DNA from: Nitrospinaceae bacterium
GTDB taxonomy: Bacteria; Nitrospinota; Nitrospinia; Nitrospinales; Nitrospinaceae
DNA: 64,000 nt
Reading direction: 5' to 3'
Assembly (NCBI GenBank): GCA_965223665.1
Contig: OZ245011.1
Coordinates: 2,272,001-2,336,000, forward strand
How positions within the stretch are numbered: the first letter of the stretch is position 1; each line of letters opens with the position of its first letter. Both the position numbers and the translations under genes were made by a program. Under the pieces are notes generated by a model. It was not told where the DNA came from. It saw nothing but the letters and a program-made list of their open reading frames with translations, and did not search any database. Below are positions 36,573 to 48,459 of the stretch, one piece after another.

Positions 36573-39500
36573 TTATGAACAGCCCGAGGTCGCCCCACAG
36601 GATAAACACTTCAAACATGTTCCATTGCGGACTAATGTTAATTGTCCACATTCACCACACGGATCTCCTTCATATCCTTTCAACTTCGCTAAAGTTGCCG
36701 AATCTTCCTTTTGGTAAACACCGCTAGTCGGTAAAATTAGCGTCTCCGGTTCTTGGAATGCCAATGCTCCATTCCCATTTCCGCTATTCCCGTTTTCATT
36801 TTCCTGAGAAATAATTCGAGTAGGAGATTTTAATTGGATTGGTTCTTCTTCTTCATTTCTATTATTGATTGGAGAAGCGTTAACTATCTCATCGTCTAAG
36901 CCTACTTCCTCATTTCTTTGAATTGCGTCAGACCGCAAATCATCGGGAGTTACCTGGGCAAGATCACTCCTACCCAGGTATGTGATGGCAAGCTCCCTAA
37001 AAATATAATCAATGGTGGAGGTAGCCATTGTAATGGAATCATTCCCTTGAACAATTCCATTGGGCTCAAAACGAGTAAACACAAACGCATCCACAAACTC
37101 TTCTAGCGGGACTCCATGTTGCAATCCAAGAGAAATGGAAATCGCGAAGCAATTCATCAAGCTTCGATAAGCAGCACCTTCTTTGTGCATATCAATAAAA
37201 ATTTCACCTAAAGAACCGTCTTCATACTCACCTGTTCTCAAATAAACTTTATGACCACCCACAACAGATTTTTGGGTATATCCTTTTCGGCGAAATGGCA
37301 GGGAACGCCTTTTCTTTTGTTCCCATACAACTTTCACTAATTTCTCGGCAACTTTTAATGGTTCGCCACTTTCAATTTCCTCAAGATCTTCTAAATCAAA
37401 TTCCTCCTTGGCAACAGAATTTAGGGGTTGGCTTAATTTAGAACCATCTCGATAAACAGCCGTTCCCTTAAGCATTAATTTCCAAGAAAGCATATGAGAA
37501 GCCTCAACTTCTTCAATCGTAGATTCATTTGGCATATTAATGGTCTTAGAAATAGCTCCAGAAATAAACGGCTGAGCCGCAGCCATTTTATTAATATGCG
37601 CTTGGTGGCGAATGAATCGTTTGCCATATTTTCCACATTTATTTGCACAATCAAACACTGGATAATGTTCTGATTTCAAATGGGGTGCATTTTCAATGGT
37701 CATTGTTCCACAAATATAATCATTAGCTTTTTGAATTTCTTCCTCAGCAAATCCAATATGCTCAAGCAAATTGAAATCGAATTGATTCAACTGGTCTTCG
37801 CTGATTTTAAGTACCTCTTTACAAAACTCCGCACCTAAAGTGAATTGATTAAATGCAAAAGTGATATCAAATACTTTCGCCAACTCCTCTTCCACACGAT
37901 TCAAAATTTCCTTGGTAAACCCTTTTTCGCCCAGTGACTCACGATTAATAATGGGAGAAGATTCCAGGTTGGGAACTCCAACACAATAATCGATAATGTC
38001 ATCAATCTGGTGTTGAGGATAACCAAGTTTTTTAAGAGCCAATGGAACCGAGTGGTTGATTATTTTGAAATAACCGCCACCAGCTAATTTTTTATATTTA
38101 ACCAAAGCAAAATCAGGTTCAATTCCTGTGGTATCACAATCCATCAATAAACCAATAGTACCGGTTGGGGCAATACAGGTAACTTGAGCATTTCGAAATC
38201 CGTGTTTTTTACCTAACGCTACAGCCTGTTCCCAATTCTTTATAGCTGAGTCTTTAAGATAATTTGGGCAAAATTCCGGATCAATACCTTGAGGAAAAAT
38301 AGTCAAGCTCTCATACTCGTGCGGATCACAGTTCTTTGCAGCCCTGTAATGGTTTCGAATAACTCTTAGCATAGGGTTTTTATTTTCCTTAAACCTTGGG
38401 AATGGGCCCACTTCAGCAGCTATTTCCGCTGAGGTACTATATGCCTTTCCAGTCATGATTGCAGTAATGGCTCCTGTAATTGCTTGCCCCTCCTTAGAAT
38501 CATAAGGAATCCCAGAAACCATGAGCAACGCTCCTAAGTTGGCATAACCTAAACCAAGGGTACGATATTCATAACTTCTCTCCGCAATTGACTTATTGGG
38601 AAACTGGGCCATAGTCACGGAAATTTCCAGAGCCAAAGTCCATAGCCGACAAGCTTCTTCAAATCGTTCTACTTCAAATTCACCCGAAGATTCGTCATAA
38701 AATTTCATTAAATTGATGGAGGCCAAATTACAAGCCGTATTGTCTAAAAACATATATTCTGAGCAAGGATTGGATGCATTAATTCTTCCATCTTTCGGAC
38801 AGGTATGCCATTCGTTGATGGTTGTATCAAATTGCAATCCCGGATCAGCAGAAGCCCAAGCAGACTCGTTAACCCTTCTCCATAAATCACGCGCTTTTAC
38901 AGTTTTAGTCACCTTTCCGGTGGTCCTGGCTGTCAAATGCCATTCTTCATCATTTTCAACAGCGCGCAAAAATTCATTATTCAACCTCACAGAGTTATTT
39001 GAGTTTTGCCCGGAAACTGTTTGATAGGCCTCGGAAGTCCAATTGGTATCGTATTCTTCAAACTCAATATCTTTAGCTCCCTGTTGAGCTAGTTGAATTA
39101 CACGGTAAAGATAATTTTCTGGAACAAAATTTTTAACCGCTTCTCGGACTGCTTTCTTCAATTTTTTATTTGCTTTAATATTAAAGCGCTCTGAATCATT
39201 GTCCCAAGCCCAGCAGGCCTGAACCACATTTTTAAGGTGATTCTTACAAACCTTACTTCCCGTGGCCAAAGCCGCAACTTTTCTTTCTTCTTTAACCTTC
39301 CATTCAATAAACTCTTCTACATCCGGATGATCAATATCTAAGGTGACCATCTTGGCCGCTCGGCGAGTTGTCCCCCCAGATTTAATCGCCCCGGCCGCAC
39401 GATCTCCAATCTTTAAAAAACTCATTAATCCTGAAGAATTACCTCCTCCAGAAAGGGATTCACCTGCTCCACGTAAAAGAGAAAAGTTAGTCCCGGTACC

Positions 39501-40187
39501 AGAGCCATATTTAAACAGACGGGCCTCTTGGTTCCATAAATCCATGATCCCACCCTCATTGACTAAATCATCCTTTATAGAAAGGATAAAGCAAGCGTGG
39601 GGCTGTGGACGCTCATACGCATTTGTAGAACGCTCCGGAATCCCTTTTTCCGGGTTCACAAAATAATGACCCTGTGCCGGACCTTCAATTCCATAAGCCC
39701 AATTCAATCCTGTGTTAAACCATTGAGGGGAGTTAGGGGCTGCATATTGATTGGCTAGAATGAAGCACATTTCGTCAAAATAATTTTTTGCAGATTCCTC
39801 ATTATCGAAGTAGCCGTATTTCCACCCCCAATAAGTCCAGCAACCAGCTAATCGATTAAATACTTGTCTGGAATCTCTTTCACGGCCAAACCGCTCAGAT
39901 TCTGGCATTTGTGACAACGCCACTAAATCTGGCTCGGAGGGACATAACCATTCGGGGCAACCCTCTTCGTTTCGTTTACGAGTCCGTGCAGGAACACCCG
40001 CTTTCCTAAAATATTTTTGTGCCATGATATCCACGGCAACTTGAGACCAGTTTTCAGGAACCATGACCCCATCAATTTCGGAAACTACAGAACCATCAGA
40101 ATTTGTAATTTTGGAGACTCTTTCTACAAATTTTATTTTTCCATAGGGATTTTTAGGGTCTTTGGCAAATTGGCGGGTTATATTCAT
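36573..40187 (-). CDS. nrdJ: Adenosylcobalamin-dependent (class II) ribonucleotide reductase
   Basis: [44 protein letters not shown]-terminal [14 protein letters not shown]. Confidence 0.96.
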   Translation of the reverse strand: MNITRQFAKDPKNPYGKIKFVERVSKITNSDGSVVSEIDGVMVPENWSQVAVDIMAQKYFRKAGVPARTRKRNEEGCPEWLCPSEPDLVALSQMPESERFGRERDSRQVFNRLAGCWTYWGWKYGYFDNEESAKNYFDEMCFILANQYAAPNSPQWFNTGLNWAYGIEGPAQGHYFVNPEKGIPERSTNAYERPQPHACFILSIKDDLVNEGGIMDLWNQEARLFKYGSGTGTNFSLLRGAGESLSGGGNSSGLMSFLKIGDRAAGAIKSGGTTRRAAKMVTLDIDHPDVEEFIEWKVKEERKVAALATGSKVCKNHLKNVVQACWAWDNDSERFNIKANKKLKKAVREAVKNFVPENYLYRVIQLAQQGAKDIEFEEYDTNWTSEAYQTVSGQNSNNSVRLNNEFLRAVENDEEWHLTARTTGKVTKTVKARDLWRRVNESAWASADPGLQFDTTINEWHTCPKDGRINASNPCSEYMFLDNTACNLASINLMKFYDESSGEFEVERFEEACRLWTLALEISVTMAQFPNKSIAERSYEYRTLGLGYANLGALLMVSGIPYDSKEGQAITGAITAIMTGKAYSTSAEIAAEVGPFPRFKENKNPMLRVIRNHYRAAKNCDPHEYESLTIFPQGIDPEFCPNYLKDSAIKNWEQAVALGKKHGFRNAQVTCIAPTGTIGLLMDCDTTGIEPDFALVKYKKLAGGGYFKIINHSVPLALKKLGYPQHQIDDIIDYCVGVPNLESSPIINRESLGEKGFTKEILNRVEEELAKVFDITFAFNQFTLGAEFCKEVLKISEDQLNQFDFNLLEHIGFAEEEIQKANDYICGTMTIENAPHLKSEHYPVFDCANKCGKYGKRFIRHQAHINKMAAAQPFISGAISKTINMPNESTIEEVEASHMLSWKLMLKGTAVYRDGSKLSQPLNSVAKEEFDLEDLEEIESGEPLKVAEKLVKVVWEQKKRRSLPFRRKGYTQKSVVGGHKVYLRTGEYEDGSLGEIFIDMHKEGAAYRSLMNCFAISISLGLQHGVPLEEFVDAFVFTRFEPNGIVQGNDSITMATSTIDYIFRELAITYLGRSDLAQVTPDDLRSDAIQRNEEVGLDDEIVNASPINNRNEEEEPIQLKSPTRIISQENENGNSGNGNGALAFQEPETLILPTSGVYQKEDSATLAKLKGYEGDPCGECGQLTLVRNGTCLKCLSCGATSGCS

Positions 40188-40261
40188 GGGATAATTTAAA
40201 GAATAGGTGTTAAATTATTGAATCTTCTAAGTAATATAAAGACTCATAAATGATTTATCCA

Positions 40262-40315
40262 TCACTACATTTTGTAGTGATTTGTGTAGATTAGCACTAC
40301 ATATTGCGTTGTCAA
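40262..40315 (-). promoter_or_regulatory. Tandem NrdR boxes within the nrdJ promoter
   Basis: TCACTACATTTTGTAG (40262) and GCACTACATATTGCGT (40294), 32 bp apart, fit acaCwAtATaTwGtgt; TTGACA on the minus strand at 40310-40315. Confidence 0.85.
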
Positions 40316-40604
40316 TAGAATTTTGGAAAAACAGTGGTTCCCTTCTAGGAAGGCATTTGAATCAAAGGACTTTCCCGTTTAACTTTTTTTTTGGAAAACC
40401 GAGAGGAAAGCCAAAATTTTCTCCCTTACACCAAAACCCATTGAATTTTAAAGCTTTTTTAAACATCACAACTGTTTGGGACTTAAATTATGGGAGAATT
40501 TTACCCTTGCAGTAATCAAACCTTTTATTTAAAACCTGATCGGCGATAATACCTATAAAAACTTCTATATTTAAGGACTTTAGAGGGGGGACGATAGAAA
40601 ATGC

Positions 40605-42056
40605 CTAATTTTCTATCAATTCAATATCTACTTTTCCTATAAATTCATTTAGTTTTAGCGATCCTTCATTATTTCCTTCGGAAAGCTTTATATGAGTCGC
40701 ATCAACTTTTGGTTGCCCTAAAGTAGGATCCAGGGCTCGCCATTCGCCTACAAAAACTTCTGGCCAAGCATGGTACATAAAACCTTTATATTCTTTAGAG
40801 TAAACCAAACCATTGACTACTTTTGAAGGAATTCCTGCAGCCCTTGCCAAAGCAACAAATAAGTTAGTGTGAGATTGGCACTCACCTTTTCGACTGTTAA
40901 GTGCATCCACCGCAGTAAAAGCATCCGCTAATTTTTTCTCCAAATTACTATATACCCAAAGATTGATGGACAAAGCCACTTTCCACGGATCCTTTTCATT
41001 AGATTTAAGTTCTTTCGCCAACATTTTTATCATTGGATGGTTGGACTGTATTTGTGAAGTGTCCTGGGAATACTCAGCTTTTACTTCTTGATTTAAAGGA
41101 AACCCGTTTTCATTAGTGGTCTTTCTTCTTTCACTCTGAATTTGAATAGTAGTTTCAAAAGTTCCTTTTTCGTTTTTCTTAACATTTAAAACTTTTTGTC
41201 GGTGATCCTGCGGTATGGACTCAGGAGTTTGGACATTACTCAACTTCACAAGGAGTTGATCTAATTTATAGGGTCTGGGAATTTCTTTTTGAGGCTTGAC
41301 CAAACTCAGAGTAATAAAGCTGCTCATAGACATAGTTTCTTTCAATTCTTGAGCTTCTTCTTCGGTTTCATTTCGCGATTCTAATCCTTGAGCGGTCAAC
41401 TCCCTTACCAGAGTTCCATCCTCTGTTACCCATAAGGTCAAATCCAATCCGGCATATTGCTGTTTTAAAACATAAGCAGACACCTGCTGACCACGAAAAG
41501 AAATCATTTCTTTGCGAACCACTTCATAAGTCATTGGAGTTACAGTTTGAAATGGTTCTACAAATAAATTAATTTCTTTTTTTTGCCCAACCTTAAAACC
41601 CGTTCTCAACATATTTAGCCAAACGGTTGCGGCTGGAACAGTCCCTTCAGGAAAATCTATTTTTCGCTCTTTTTGATAACCACTTGTAGCAATATCCATA
41701 ACAAGCTGGTCCTTTTTAACCTTTGCATCAATTTTTTGTCGATTTCCAGATATTTCCTGTAATAGAGAAAAGCTTTTTAATTGAAGATCAGGGGTAAGTT
41801 TTGTTTCTTGGGTAATAGTCGTGACTTGCTCTACGCCTGCAGCCTTCAGGCGGAAATATGTATGAGTGGATACTCGAATTTCATCCTTAACTACGCGGAC
41901 CCGTCCATGATTAAAACCTAATTTGTTTCCATTAAGATAAGTCCCCGACCAATCATCACGATCTACAATGGGAATTGCATTTACAGGAATGGTCCAAAGA
42001 AACATTCCAAAAAAAAGACAAAATCCAAATAATCCAATCTGCTTTTTCATATCCAA
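40605..42056 (-). CDS. Exported transglutaminase-like protein
   Basis: Signal peptide; GECQSHTNLFVALARAAGIPS, YHAWPEV, LDPT catalytic triad. Confidence 0.9.
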   Translation of the reverse strand: MDMKKQIGLFGFCLFFGMFLWTIPVNAIPIVDRDDWSGTYLNGNKLGFNHGRVRVVKDEIRVSTHTYFRLKAAGVEQVTTITQETKLTPDLQLKSFSLLQEISGNRQKIDAKVKKDQLVMDIATSGYQKERKIDFPEGTVPAATVWLNMLRTGFKVGQKKEINLFVEPFQTVTPMTYEVVRKEMISFRGQQVSAYVLKQQYAGLDLTLWVTEDGTLVRELTAQGLESRNETEEEAQELKETMSMSSFITLSLVKPQKEIPRPYKLDQLLVKLSNVQTPESIPQDHRQKVLNVKKNEKGTFETTIQIQSERRKTTNENGFPLNQEVKAEYSQDTSQIQSNHPMIKMLAKELKSNEKDPWKVALSINLWVYSNLEKKLADAFTAVDALNSRKGECQSHTNLFVALARAAGIPSKVVNGLVYSKEYKGFMYHAWPEVFVGEWRALDPTLGQPKVDATHIKLSEGNNEGSLKLNEFIGKVDIELIEN

Positions 42057-42121
42057 CAGATTAACTCAGGGGAGCTCCAGGGGCAACAACGTTTAACGAA
42101 TTCCAACTATAAGTGAGAATA

Positions 42122-42535
42122 TTATTGAGACTGATATTTTTTGCGAATTCGCTCTTCGTTTAAACGTTTGTTATCTATCAACTGATCAATGATTTGTTTT
42201 TGCTGCTGGCGGGAAGCTTTCATTATTTTGTCCGCTTCTTTGTAATATTGATTCCTAAACTGTCTTTTTTCATAAGGATCACGCGTACTATTGACATTCT
42301 TTCTCAGTTCTTTTTTGAGTGCATTGAATTTTTTTACCCGTGCCGCTTGAAGTTCTCTCCGTTTTTGCCTGATTTCCCTTTGGGATCGAATTTCCTCTTG
42401 GCGCAACTCCTTAAGCATGGCTTGTCGCTTGGCATGGGGGGTCATGGCCTGAGCTTGTAAACTGGAAGAAAAAAAAATGAAACCCAAAAATAAAGTCAAT
42501 ATTGTAATACGTAAGCAATTATTAAAACTTTTCAT
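42122..42535 (-). CDS. Exported helical hypothetical protein
   Basis: Signal peptide (SLQAQA), basic coiled coil. Confidence 0.7.
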   Translation of the reverse strand: MKSFNNCLRITILTLFLGFIFFSSSLQAQAMTPHAKRQAMLKELRQEEIRSQREIRQKRRELQAARVKKFNALKKELRKNVNSTRDPYEKRQFRNQYYKEADKIMKASRQQQKQIIDQLIDNKRLNEERIRKKYQSQ

Positions 42536-42741
42536 AAGAGCCCTTCGAAAGTTGGGATGGAAGGTAGTAATTATAATATAAAAATTCTCAACTATTTCCC
42601 ATTAATCCAAAGCGTTTTTTCAAGAAAAATTTATGTCGCTCTTGTGCTAAGCCGGTGGTAAGATATTCGATTTAATTGATGCAGGGATTCTCCCTGTAAA
42701 ACATAAAATAAGTATTTTAATTCGATCTTACGACCTAATTT

Positions 42742-44211
42742 ATGCCCTCTAAAACAAAAGATATTGAAACCTATTTAACTTTTGATGATGTTTTGCTACT
42801 TCCTGCATTTTCCAAAGTTCTACCCTCTGAGGTCGATCTAAGTACTCAACTTACGCGAAAAATTCGTCTTAACTGTCCCCTATTAAGTGCTCCTATGGAT
42901 ACGGTGACAGAAGATAATCTAGCTATTGCTCTAGCGCAGCAAGGGGGAATCGGAATTATTCATAGAAACCTGCCCCCAGATCGACAGCGCAAAATGATTG
43001 AACGAGTTAAACGATCTATTAGTGTGGTTATACCAGACCCCATCACTCTGGAACCGGAAACTACATTGGAAGATGCTTTGCAGGTAATGGACAAATTTCA
43101 TATTACTGGAATTCCAGTTACAAAAAATAAAAAGCTTGTAGGCATTCTCACTAACCGGGATATCCGTTTCGAAAATAAACGCAACAAGCCGATTTCAGAG
43201 CTAATGACCAAAGAAAACCTGGTAACTATTCGAGAAGGAACTTCTTTAGAAAAATCCAAAAAGCTCCTTCACGAAAACAGGATTGAAAAACTTCCGGTGG
43301 TTGATTCAAAAGGAAACCTTAAAGGTTTACTCACATTAAAAGATATTTTACAAAGCTCAGAATATCCCGATGCTGCTAAAGATGAAAAAGGTCGTCTGCT
43401 GGTTGGAGCTGCATTAGGAGTTTCAACGGATTATATGGATCACATCGATGAGTTGGTTCAGGTTGGTCTTGATGTACTAACAATTGACAGTGCGCATGGT
43501 CATTCGAACAAAGTAATTCAAACGGTGGGAGAAATAAAAAAGAAATTCCCAGAATTGCAAGTAATCGCTGGTAACGTGGCCACCGTTGAAGGGACTCAAG
43601 CTTTAATTAAAGCCGGGGCTGATGCAGTTAAGGTGGGAATTGGTCCAGGATCAATTTGTACCACCCGGATTGTGACAGGAGTGGGGGTTCCGCAAATTAC
43701 GGCGGTCCAGAAATGCTCAGAGGTTGCAGATAAAAAAGGAGTCCCGATTATTTCCGATGGGGGCATTCGTCACAGTGGAGACATTACTAAAGCTATAGCA
43801 GCAGGAGCAAAATCAGTTATGATCGGCTCTTTGTTTGCTGGAACAGAAGAAAGTCCCGGAGAAAAAATACTTTACCAGGGTCGCAGTTATAAAGAATACC
43901 GGGGAATGGGTTCCATTGGAGCCATGAAAAAGGGAAGTAGCGAAAGATATTTTCAGGAAATGGGTTTGAATGAAAGCAAACTGGTACCTGAAGGGGTTGA
44001 AGCACGTATTCCTTATCGAGGATCTGTAGAATCTACTGTACATCAATTACTGGGAGGGTTACGATCCGGTATGGGCTATTGTGGTTGTGAAACTATCCAG
44101 GGCTTAAGAACCCAATCTAAATTTATTAAAGTCACATCTTCCGGCCTGCGGGAAAGTCACGTTCATGATGTCATTGTCACAAAAGAAGCACCCAATTACC
44201 ATATCGAATAA
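42742..44211 (+). CDS. guaB: IMP dehydrogenase
   Basis: [11 protein letters not shown] pair, [25 protein letters not shown]. Confidence 0.97.
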   Translation: MPSKTKDIETYLTFDDVLLLPAFSKVLPSEVDLSTQLTRKIRLNCPLLSAPMDTVTEDNLAIALAQQGGIGIIHRNLPPDRQRKMIERVKRSISVVIPDPITLEPETTLEDALQVMDKFHITGIPVTKNKKLVGILTNRDIRFENKRNKPISELMTKENLVTIREGTSLEKSKKLLHENRIEKLPVVDSKGNLKGLLTLKDILQSSEYPDAAKDEKGRLLVGAALGVSTDYMDHIDELVQVGLDVLTIDSAHGHSNKVIQTVGEIKKKFPELQVIAGNVATVEGTQALIKAGADAVKVGIGPGSICTTRIVTGVGVPQITAVQKCSEVADKKGVPIISDGGIRHSGDITKAIAAGAKSVMIGSLFAGTEESPGEKILYQGRSYKEYRGMGSIGAMKKGSSERYFQEMGLNESKLVPEGVEARIPYRGSVESTVHQLLGGLRSGMGYCGCETIQGLRTQSKFIKVTSSGLRESHVHDVIVTKEAPNYHIE

Positions 44212-44248
44212 ACCCACTGCCCAACACGAATGAATTAATTGTAATTTT

Positions 44249-45808
44249 ATGGCCAAATCTAAACAAGATCTGCATGATCAAAAAATATTGATCCTAGACT
44301 TTGGGTCGCAATACACCCAACTCATTGCCCGCAAAATTCGTGAATGCCAAGTCTATTGTGAAATTCATCCCTGCACTTGGTCTTTAAAAAAAATCACCCA
44401 ATTTAAACCGAAAGGGATCATCTTATCAGGTGGTCCGGCCAGTGTGCTGGATTCCGATTCACCTTTGGTAGATAGAGGGTTATTCAATTTAAAAGTTCCC
44501 ATTTTAGGGATCTGTTACGGCATGCAGGTTATCACGCACATGCTGGGGGGAAAAGTAGATCCTGCACAAGAGCGTGAGTTTGGTAAAGCCGAGTTGATGA
44601 TCAGTTCTTTTTCACATTTGTTTGAAAACGTGGGTAATCGATCCACTGTTTGGATGAGCCATGGCGATAGAATAAACAAACCACCAGATGGATTCCATCC
44701 CACAGCCTTTACCAATAATTCGCCCGTAGCTGCCATTGAACATTCTCTTCAAAAGATTTATGGATTGCAGTTTCACCCGGAGGTCGTTCATACACAAGAA
44801 GGTATCAAAATTTTAAAAAACTTTTTATTTCGGATTTGCGATTGCAAACCCACCTGGAAAGTAGAATCCTTTATTGATTATTCAATACAAACTATAAAAA
44901 AATCTGTGGGCAAGGGTAAAGTTTTATGCGCTTTAAGTGGTGGAGTGGATTCATCTGTTGTTGCAGTATTAATCCATCGGGCTATTCAAGACCGTTTAAT
45001 GTGTATATTTATTGATAACGGTTTGTTAAGGACTGGCGAAAGAAAAAAGGTGGAAGACACTTTTCGCGGAAACTTTCATATAAATTTAATGGTGGTAGAT
45101 GCCTCGGAGACATTTTTAAAACGATTAAAAGGTGTGGTTGATCCTGAAGAAAAAAGAAAAGTTATTGGGAATACGTTTATAGAAGTATTTGAAGAGGAAG
45201 CGAAACGTTCTGGGGACTTCACTTTTTTAGCTCAAGGAACATTATACCCTGACGTAATTGAGTCAGAATCTTTTAAAGGACCCTCCGCCGTTATTAAAAC
45301 TCATCATAACGTAGGCGGTTTGCCCGAAGAAATGAATTTAAAATTAGTGGAACCCCTTAGAGAATTATTTAAGGACGAGGTTCGTTCTTTGGGTAAAGAA
45401 ATGGGAATGCCGGATGAAATAATATCCCGCCAACCATTTCCCGGTCCGGGTTTAGCCATCCGCATTTTGGAAGAAGTCACCAAAGAGCGAATTGTTATTT
45501 TGCAAAAGGCAGATAAAATAATTTTGGAGGAAATAAAAGAAGCGGGTCTTTATAAAAATATTTGGCAGTCGTTTGCTGTTTTACTTCCCGTAAAAACGGT
45601 TGGAGTAATGGGGGATGCGCGAACCTATGAAAACGTAGTTGCCATACGGGCAGTGCATAGCAATGATGGTATGACTGCTGATTGGGTTCGACTTCCTTAT
45701 GACTTACTCGAAAAAATGTCCAACCGGATTATTAATGAAGTAAAAGGAGTCAACCGTGTTGTTTACGATATAAGCTCCAAACCCCCCAGCACCATTGAAT
45801 GGGAATGA
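44249..45808 (+). CDS. guaA: GMP synthase (glutamine-hydrolysing)
   Basis: [39 protein letters not shown]. Confidence 0.98.
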   Translation: MAKSKQDLHDQKILILDFGSQYTQLIARKIRECQVYCEIHPCTWSLKKITQFKPKGIILSGGPASVLDSDSPLVDRGLFNLKVPILGICYGMQVITHMLGGKVDPAQEREFGKAELMISSFSHLFENVGNRSTVWMSHGDRINKPPDGFHPTAFTNNSPVAAIEHSLQKIYGLQFHPEVVHTQEGIKILKNFLFRICDCKPTWKVESFIDYSIQTIKKSVGKGKVLCALSGGVDSSVVAVLIHRAIQDRLMCIFIDNGLLRTGERKKVEDTFRGNFHINLMVVDASETFLKRLKGVVDPEEKRKVIGNTFIEVFEEEAKRSGDFTFLAQGTLYPDVIESESFKGPSAVIKTHHNVGGLPEEMNLKLVEPLRELFKDEVRSLGKEMGMPDEIISRQPFPGPGLAIRILEEVTKERIVILQKADKIILEEIKEAGLYKNIWQSFAVLLPVKTVGVMGDARTYENVVAIRAVHSNDGMTADWVRLPYDLLEKMSNRIINEVKGVNRVVYDISSKPPSTIEWE

Positions 45809-45968
45809 TTACATATCTTATTCCATTTCCACTATTCTAGGGATAGATCAATATTAAATTGTTCCCCACACCCAATCGCAGGGATAAAGAGTATATGACT
45901 TTTGGACATGCGAAGGGTATTGCCCAGCGGATGTGTATAGCCAACCGTGCCATGCGTTGTCTATACCA

Positions 45969-48326
45969 TCAAAGGAAGTCATCGGCACATGACTTGCCTT
46001 GAGGTGTTTTCTTCCCAATTAAGATCTTATTGATCTCGTGCCCCTTACAGCATACTTGGCATCCTGCCTCCTCATGATTTAGACTACGGCATCGGCTAAC
46101 AACTTTTTGACGGCGATTCTCACTACCATTGCCTTGCCAAATCTTCTCATATGATTCGCTATATATATTCCCAAATACATAATTATCATCAAAAAGATGG
46201 TACATGCATACCGATAGCGCACCATCGCAATTTAATGCAACAAAAAGATTGTGTGATGAACACCCCTGATAGGTCGTGATGTCTGAGTGCGGATCTTCGT
46301 TTTTTATATGCCAGGTTTTAAGATCCTCAAACTTGTCATAGGATACAATCAGTTTGGTGTCTTGATCGCGCGTTTGCTTCTCTAACTTAAACAGCCGAAG
46401 ATATAATTCGATTATTTTCGATTCACTAAGCACCCTATCACCTTCGTTTTCTACCATAGGCCTTGGCAGAACTGGTCTGATTTGCAAATATGAAGCTTTC
46501 GTATTTTTTGCTAAATCATACAAGCCTTCCAGATCCTCAAAATTCCAATATGAGATATTTGCATTAAGCCCCACTTTTAAGTTTCGATACTCAACTAACT
46601 GCTCGATATTTTCACACACCCGCTCAAAGCTTAATGAAGTTGATCTTCGATGTTTTTGATATGCTGTTGGCCGATGCGTATCAACAGAGAACCTGACCCA
46701 TTCCATGTGCTTGCCGATGTGTTCGTTCAAAGAAGAATCGTAATCCCCATTGGTAAACAGACCTTGCTTTATTTTGGCCTCGCTAGCATAGTCGATTGCC
46801 TTAACAAAGTCCGGATGTCTAGTTGGCTCCCCCCCTCCTGACCAAGCCAAACATTTCCCTCCTTTCCCTTGGAAATCGAAAAGGAATTCTTTAAAATTAT
46901 CGTCAACTTTCAAATTCTTCGGAGGTTTATTGAGTATATTTTCACTAATGCACCAAGAGCACCCTTGATTACACTCATCGGTCAAATTTACTTCCATTTG
47001 TACTGGGTAGGTTAACTCATCATTCCAAACCCTCATCACATTATCATAGTAGTTAGATAGTAATTTTTTCTGCGTTGCGAAGGGATTTTTGGATTTATCC
47101 GAGAATGGGACTTTTTTCCTTAGGTAGATGTCGAGCAAATCCTTGAAAAGATCAATATCGTACGTTACTTCCCCTTTTCCCGATATACTGTCGAAGTCAA
47201 TATTGATAATGTCGAAATCTTCACGAAAAAAATTATCCAAGTGCTTAGTATAAAAATTATAAAATTTATCTTTGAGGTCGCGGTTAAGATATACTGCATA
47301 AGGAGAGTCGAGTGCCCTCATGCCTAACAGGTAATTGTTAACAAAAATCGAGTGGCCCTCCACCCAGTTGACATGAAATGGGATAGGGCTCATTGTTACT
47401 CGAACATCAACATCTTCTATCCTTGGATTGTTACGAATTTTATCTAGTATATACAGTGTATTATAGATCTTGTCGGATATCCGACCTTTAGTCTTCTCTT
47501 TTCTTTGAGCTCTGTGAACCTCAATAGTAGGTATCTGAGGATTGGATGGATTGAGTAACAAAACCCGGAGTTTGAGTTTTGCTTCCTGAGGCAGATGTTG
47601 AAACAAGCTGCCTCGTAACGACAGAGACTCAATATCCTTCCTAATATCTTCGTAATCAAAGGGTTTACCTTGAGAAGAGTTCATGGAAGGGTGCATGGGT
47701 TCAAATGCCCTAAAGAGGTTGCCCCCGCACAACAGGACATCATATTCCTGTTTTCGCTCCCAAAAGGCATTTCGGTAGAATTCATCGAACACGTCTTCTA
47801 TATTGGATTTTTGCAGAACCCCTACACTATTACCAATTTCGACAATGTTTTCTTTTTTTGCGTTTTTTGCTTGTTTAGCCCATTGCTTGATTTCATCCTT
47901 ATTCTTTTGTTCAAACTTATCAAGGTGCTCCTGCGATGGATTGGATATGGGTTCGCCTAAAAGTTTTAAATGGTTTACACCGTCAAGGTTAGATGGCAGC
48001 CTCACTCCCTCAAAAGGCGCAATACAAGTTTTTTTACTTCCGCAACTAATCAAGAACATTCCATATTCTATAAGGACATTCCCCTGCGCACTCCGATGCT
48101 CTTTGCCTCTATGGTGAGTTGCATCGTCCGGGCTAGCGAGCATTATCGCACCATCATATTTAAATAGAGTATATGGCAGAGCCTGAAAAACCGATTCTCC
48201 TGTAGGAAATACCTGGGGGTCCCACCAACCCTCTCCGGCGATACCCTCTAAACTTTCAAGGATTTTCTGAACCCTCTCCGCATATAGCCTATATTCTGAA
48301 GAACTACCAATAAAGATTTTAAACAT
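45969..48326 (-). CDS. TIR (Cap12/PycTIR-type) - DUF5919-like - radical SAM/SPASM fusion protein
   Basis: KIFIGSSSE...AIMLASPDD...GNVLIEYGMF...LPSNLDG (TIR-like); LRVLLLNP...IFVNNYLLGMRALDSP...FYNFY (middle domain); CNQGCSWC, SGGGEP, FTNG, RFSVD and Cys-rich C-terminus (rSAM/SPASM). Start placed at ATG 48326. Confidence 0.85.
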   Translation of the reverse strand: MFKIFIGSSSEYRLYAERVQKILESLEGIAGEGWWDPQVFPTGESVFQALPYTLFKYDGAIMLASPDDATHHRGKEHRSAQGNVLIEYGMFLISCGSKKTCIAPFEGVRLPSNLDGVNHLKLLGEPISNPSQEHLDKFEQKNKDEIKQWAKQAKNAKKENIVEIGNSVGVLQKSNIEDVFDEFYRNAFWERKQEYDVLLCGGNLFRAFEPMHPSMNSSQGKPFDYEDIRKDIESLSLRGSLFQHLPQEAKLKLRVLLLNPSNPQIPTIEVHRAQRKEKTKGRISDKIYNTLYILDKIRNNPRIEDVDVRVTMSPIPFHVNWVEGHSIFVNNYLLGMRALDSPYAVYLNRDLKDKFYNFYTKHLDNFFREDFDIINIDFDSISGKGEVTYDIDLFKDLLDIYLRKKVPFSDKSKNPFATQKKLLSNYYDNVMRVWNDELTYPVQMEVNLTDECNQGCSWCISENILNKPPKNLKVDDNFKEFLFDFQGKGGKCLAWSGGGEPTRHPDFVKAIDYASEAKIKQGLFTNGDYDSSLNEHIGKHMEWVRFSVDTHRPTAYQKHRRSTSLSFERVCENIEQLVEYRNLKVGLNANISYWNFEDLEGLYDLAKNTKASYLQIRPVLPRPMVENEGDRVLSESKIIELYLRLFKLEKQTRDQDTKLIVSYDKFEDLKTWHIKNEDPHSDITTYQGCSSHNLFVALNCDGALSVCMYHLFDDNYVFGNIYSESYEKIWQGNGSENRRQKVVSRCRSLNHEEAGCQVCCKGHEINKILIGKKTPQGKSCADDFL

Positions 48327-48459
48327 AATTAATTCTCTCTGACCTAAAAAGAGCAGGGGCAACATTCATGATTCGAGCCAACCAGCAGGATGCGCCGCAT
48401 TCATTAGCAAGTTACGGAAACATGATTCTCTTCGTCGCGTGGTTATACCATATCTGAGA

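Noticed and set aside
36573-40187. Intein or cobalamin riboswitch associated with the long nrdJ
   Set aside because: No intein splice or LAGLIDADG motifs seen; the length fits long-form NrdJ; the leader is short and holds NrdR boxes, not a riboswitch.
45969-47010. Calling the radical SAM domain a viperin
   Set aside because: It lacks viperin-type motifs around the CxxxCxxC and has a SPASM/twitch Cys tail; viperin is only a functional analogy.
47200-47800. Middle domain as STING (TIR-STING Cap12)
   Set aside because: No STING motifs recognised and no CD-NTase nearby; the pattern fits a DUF5919-like domain better, pending HHpred.
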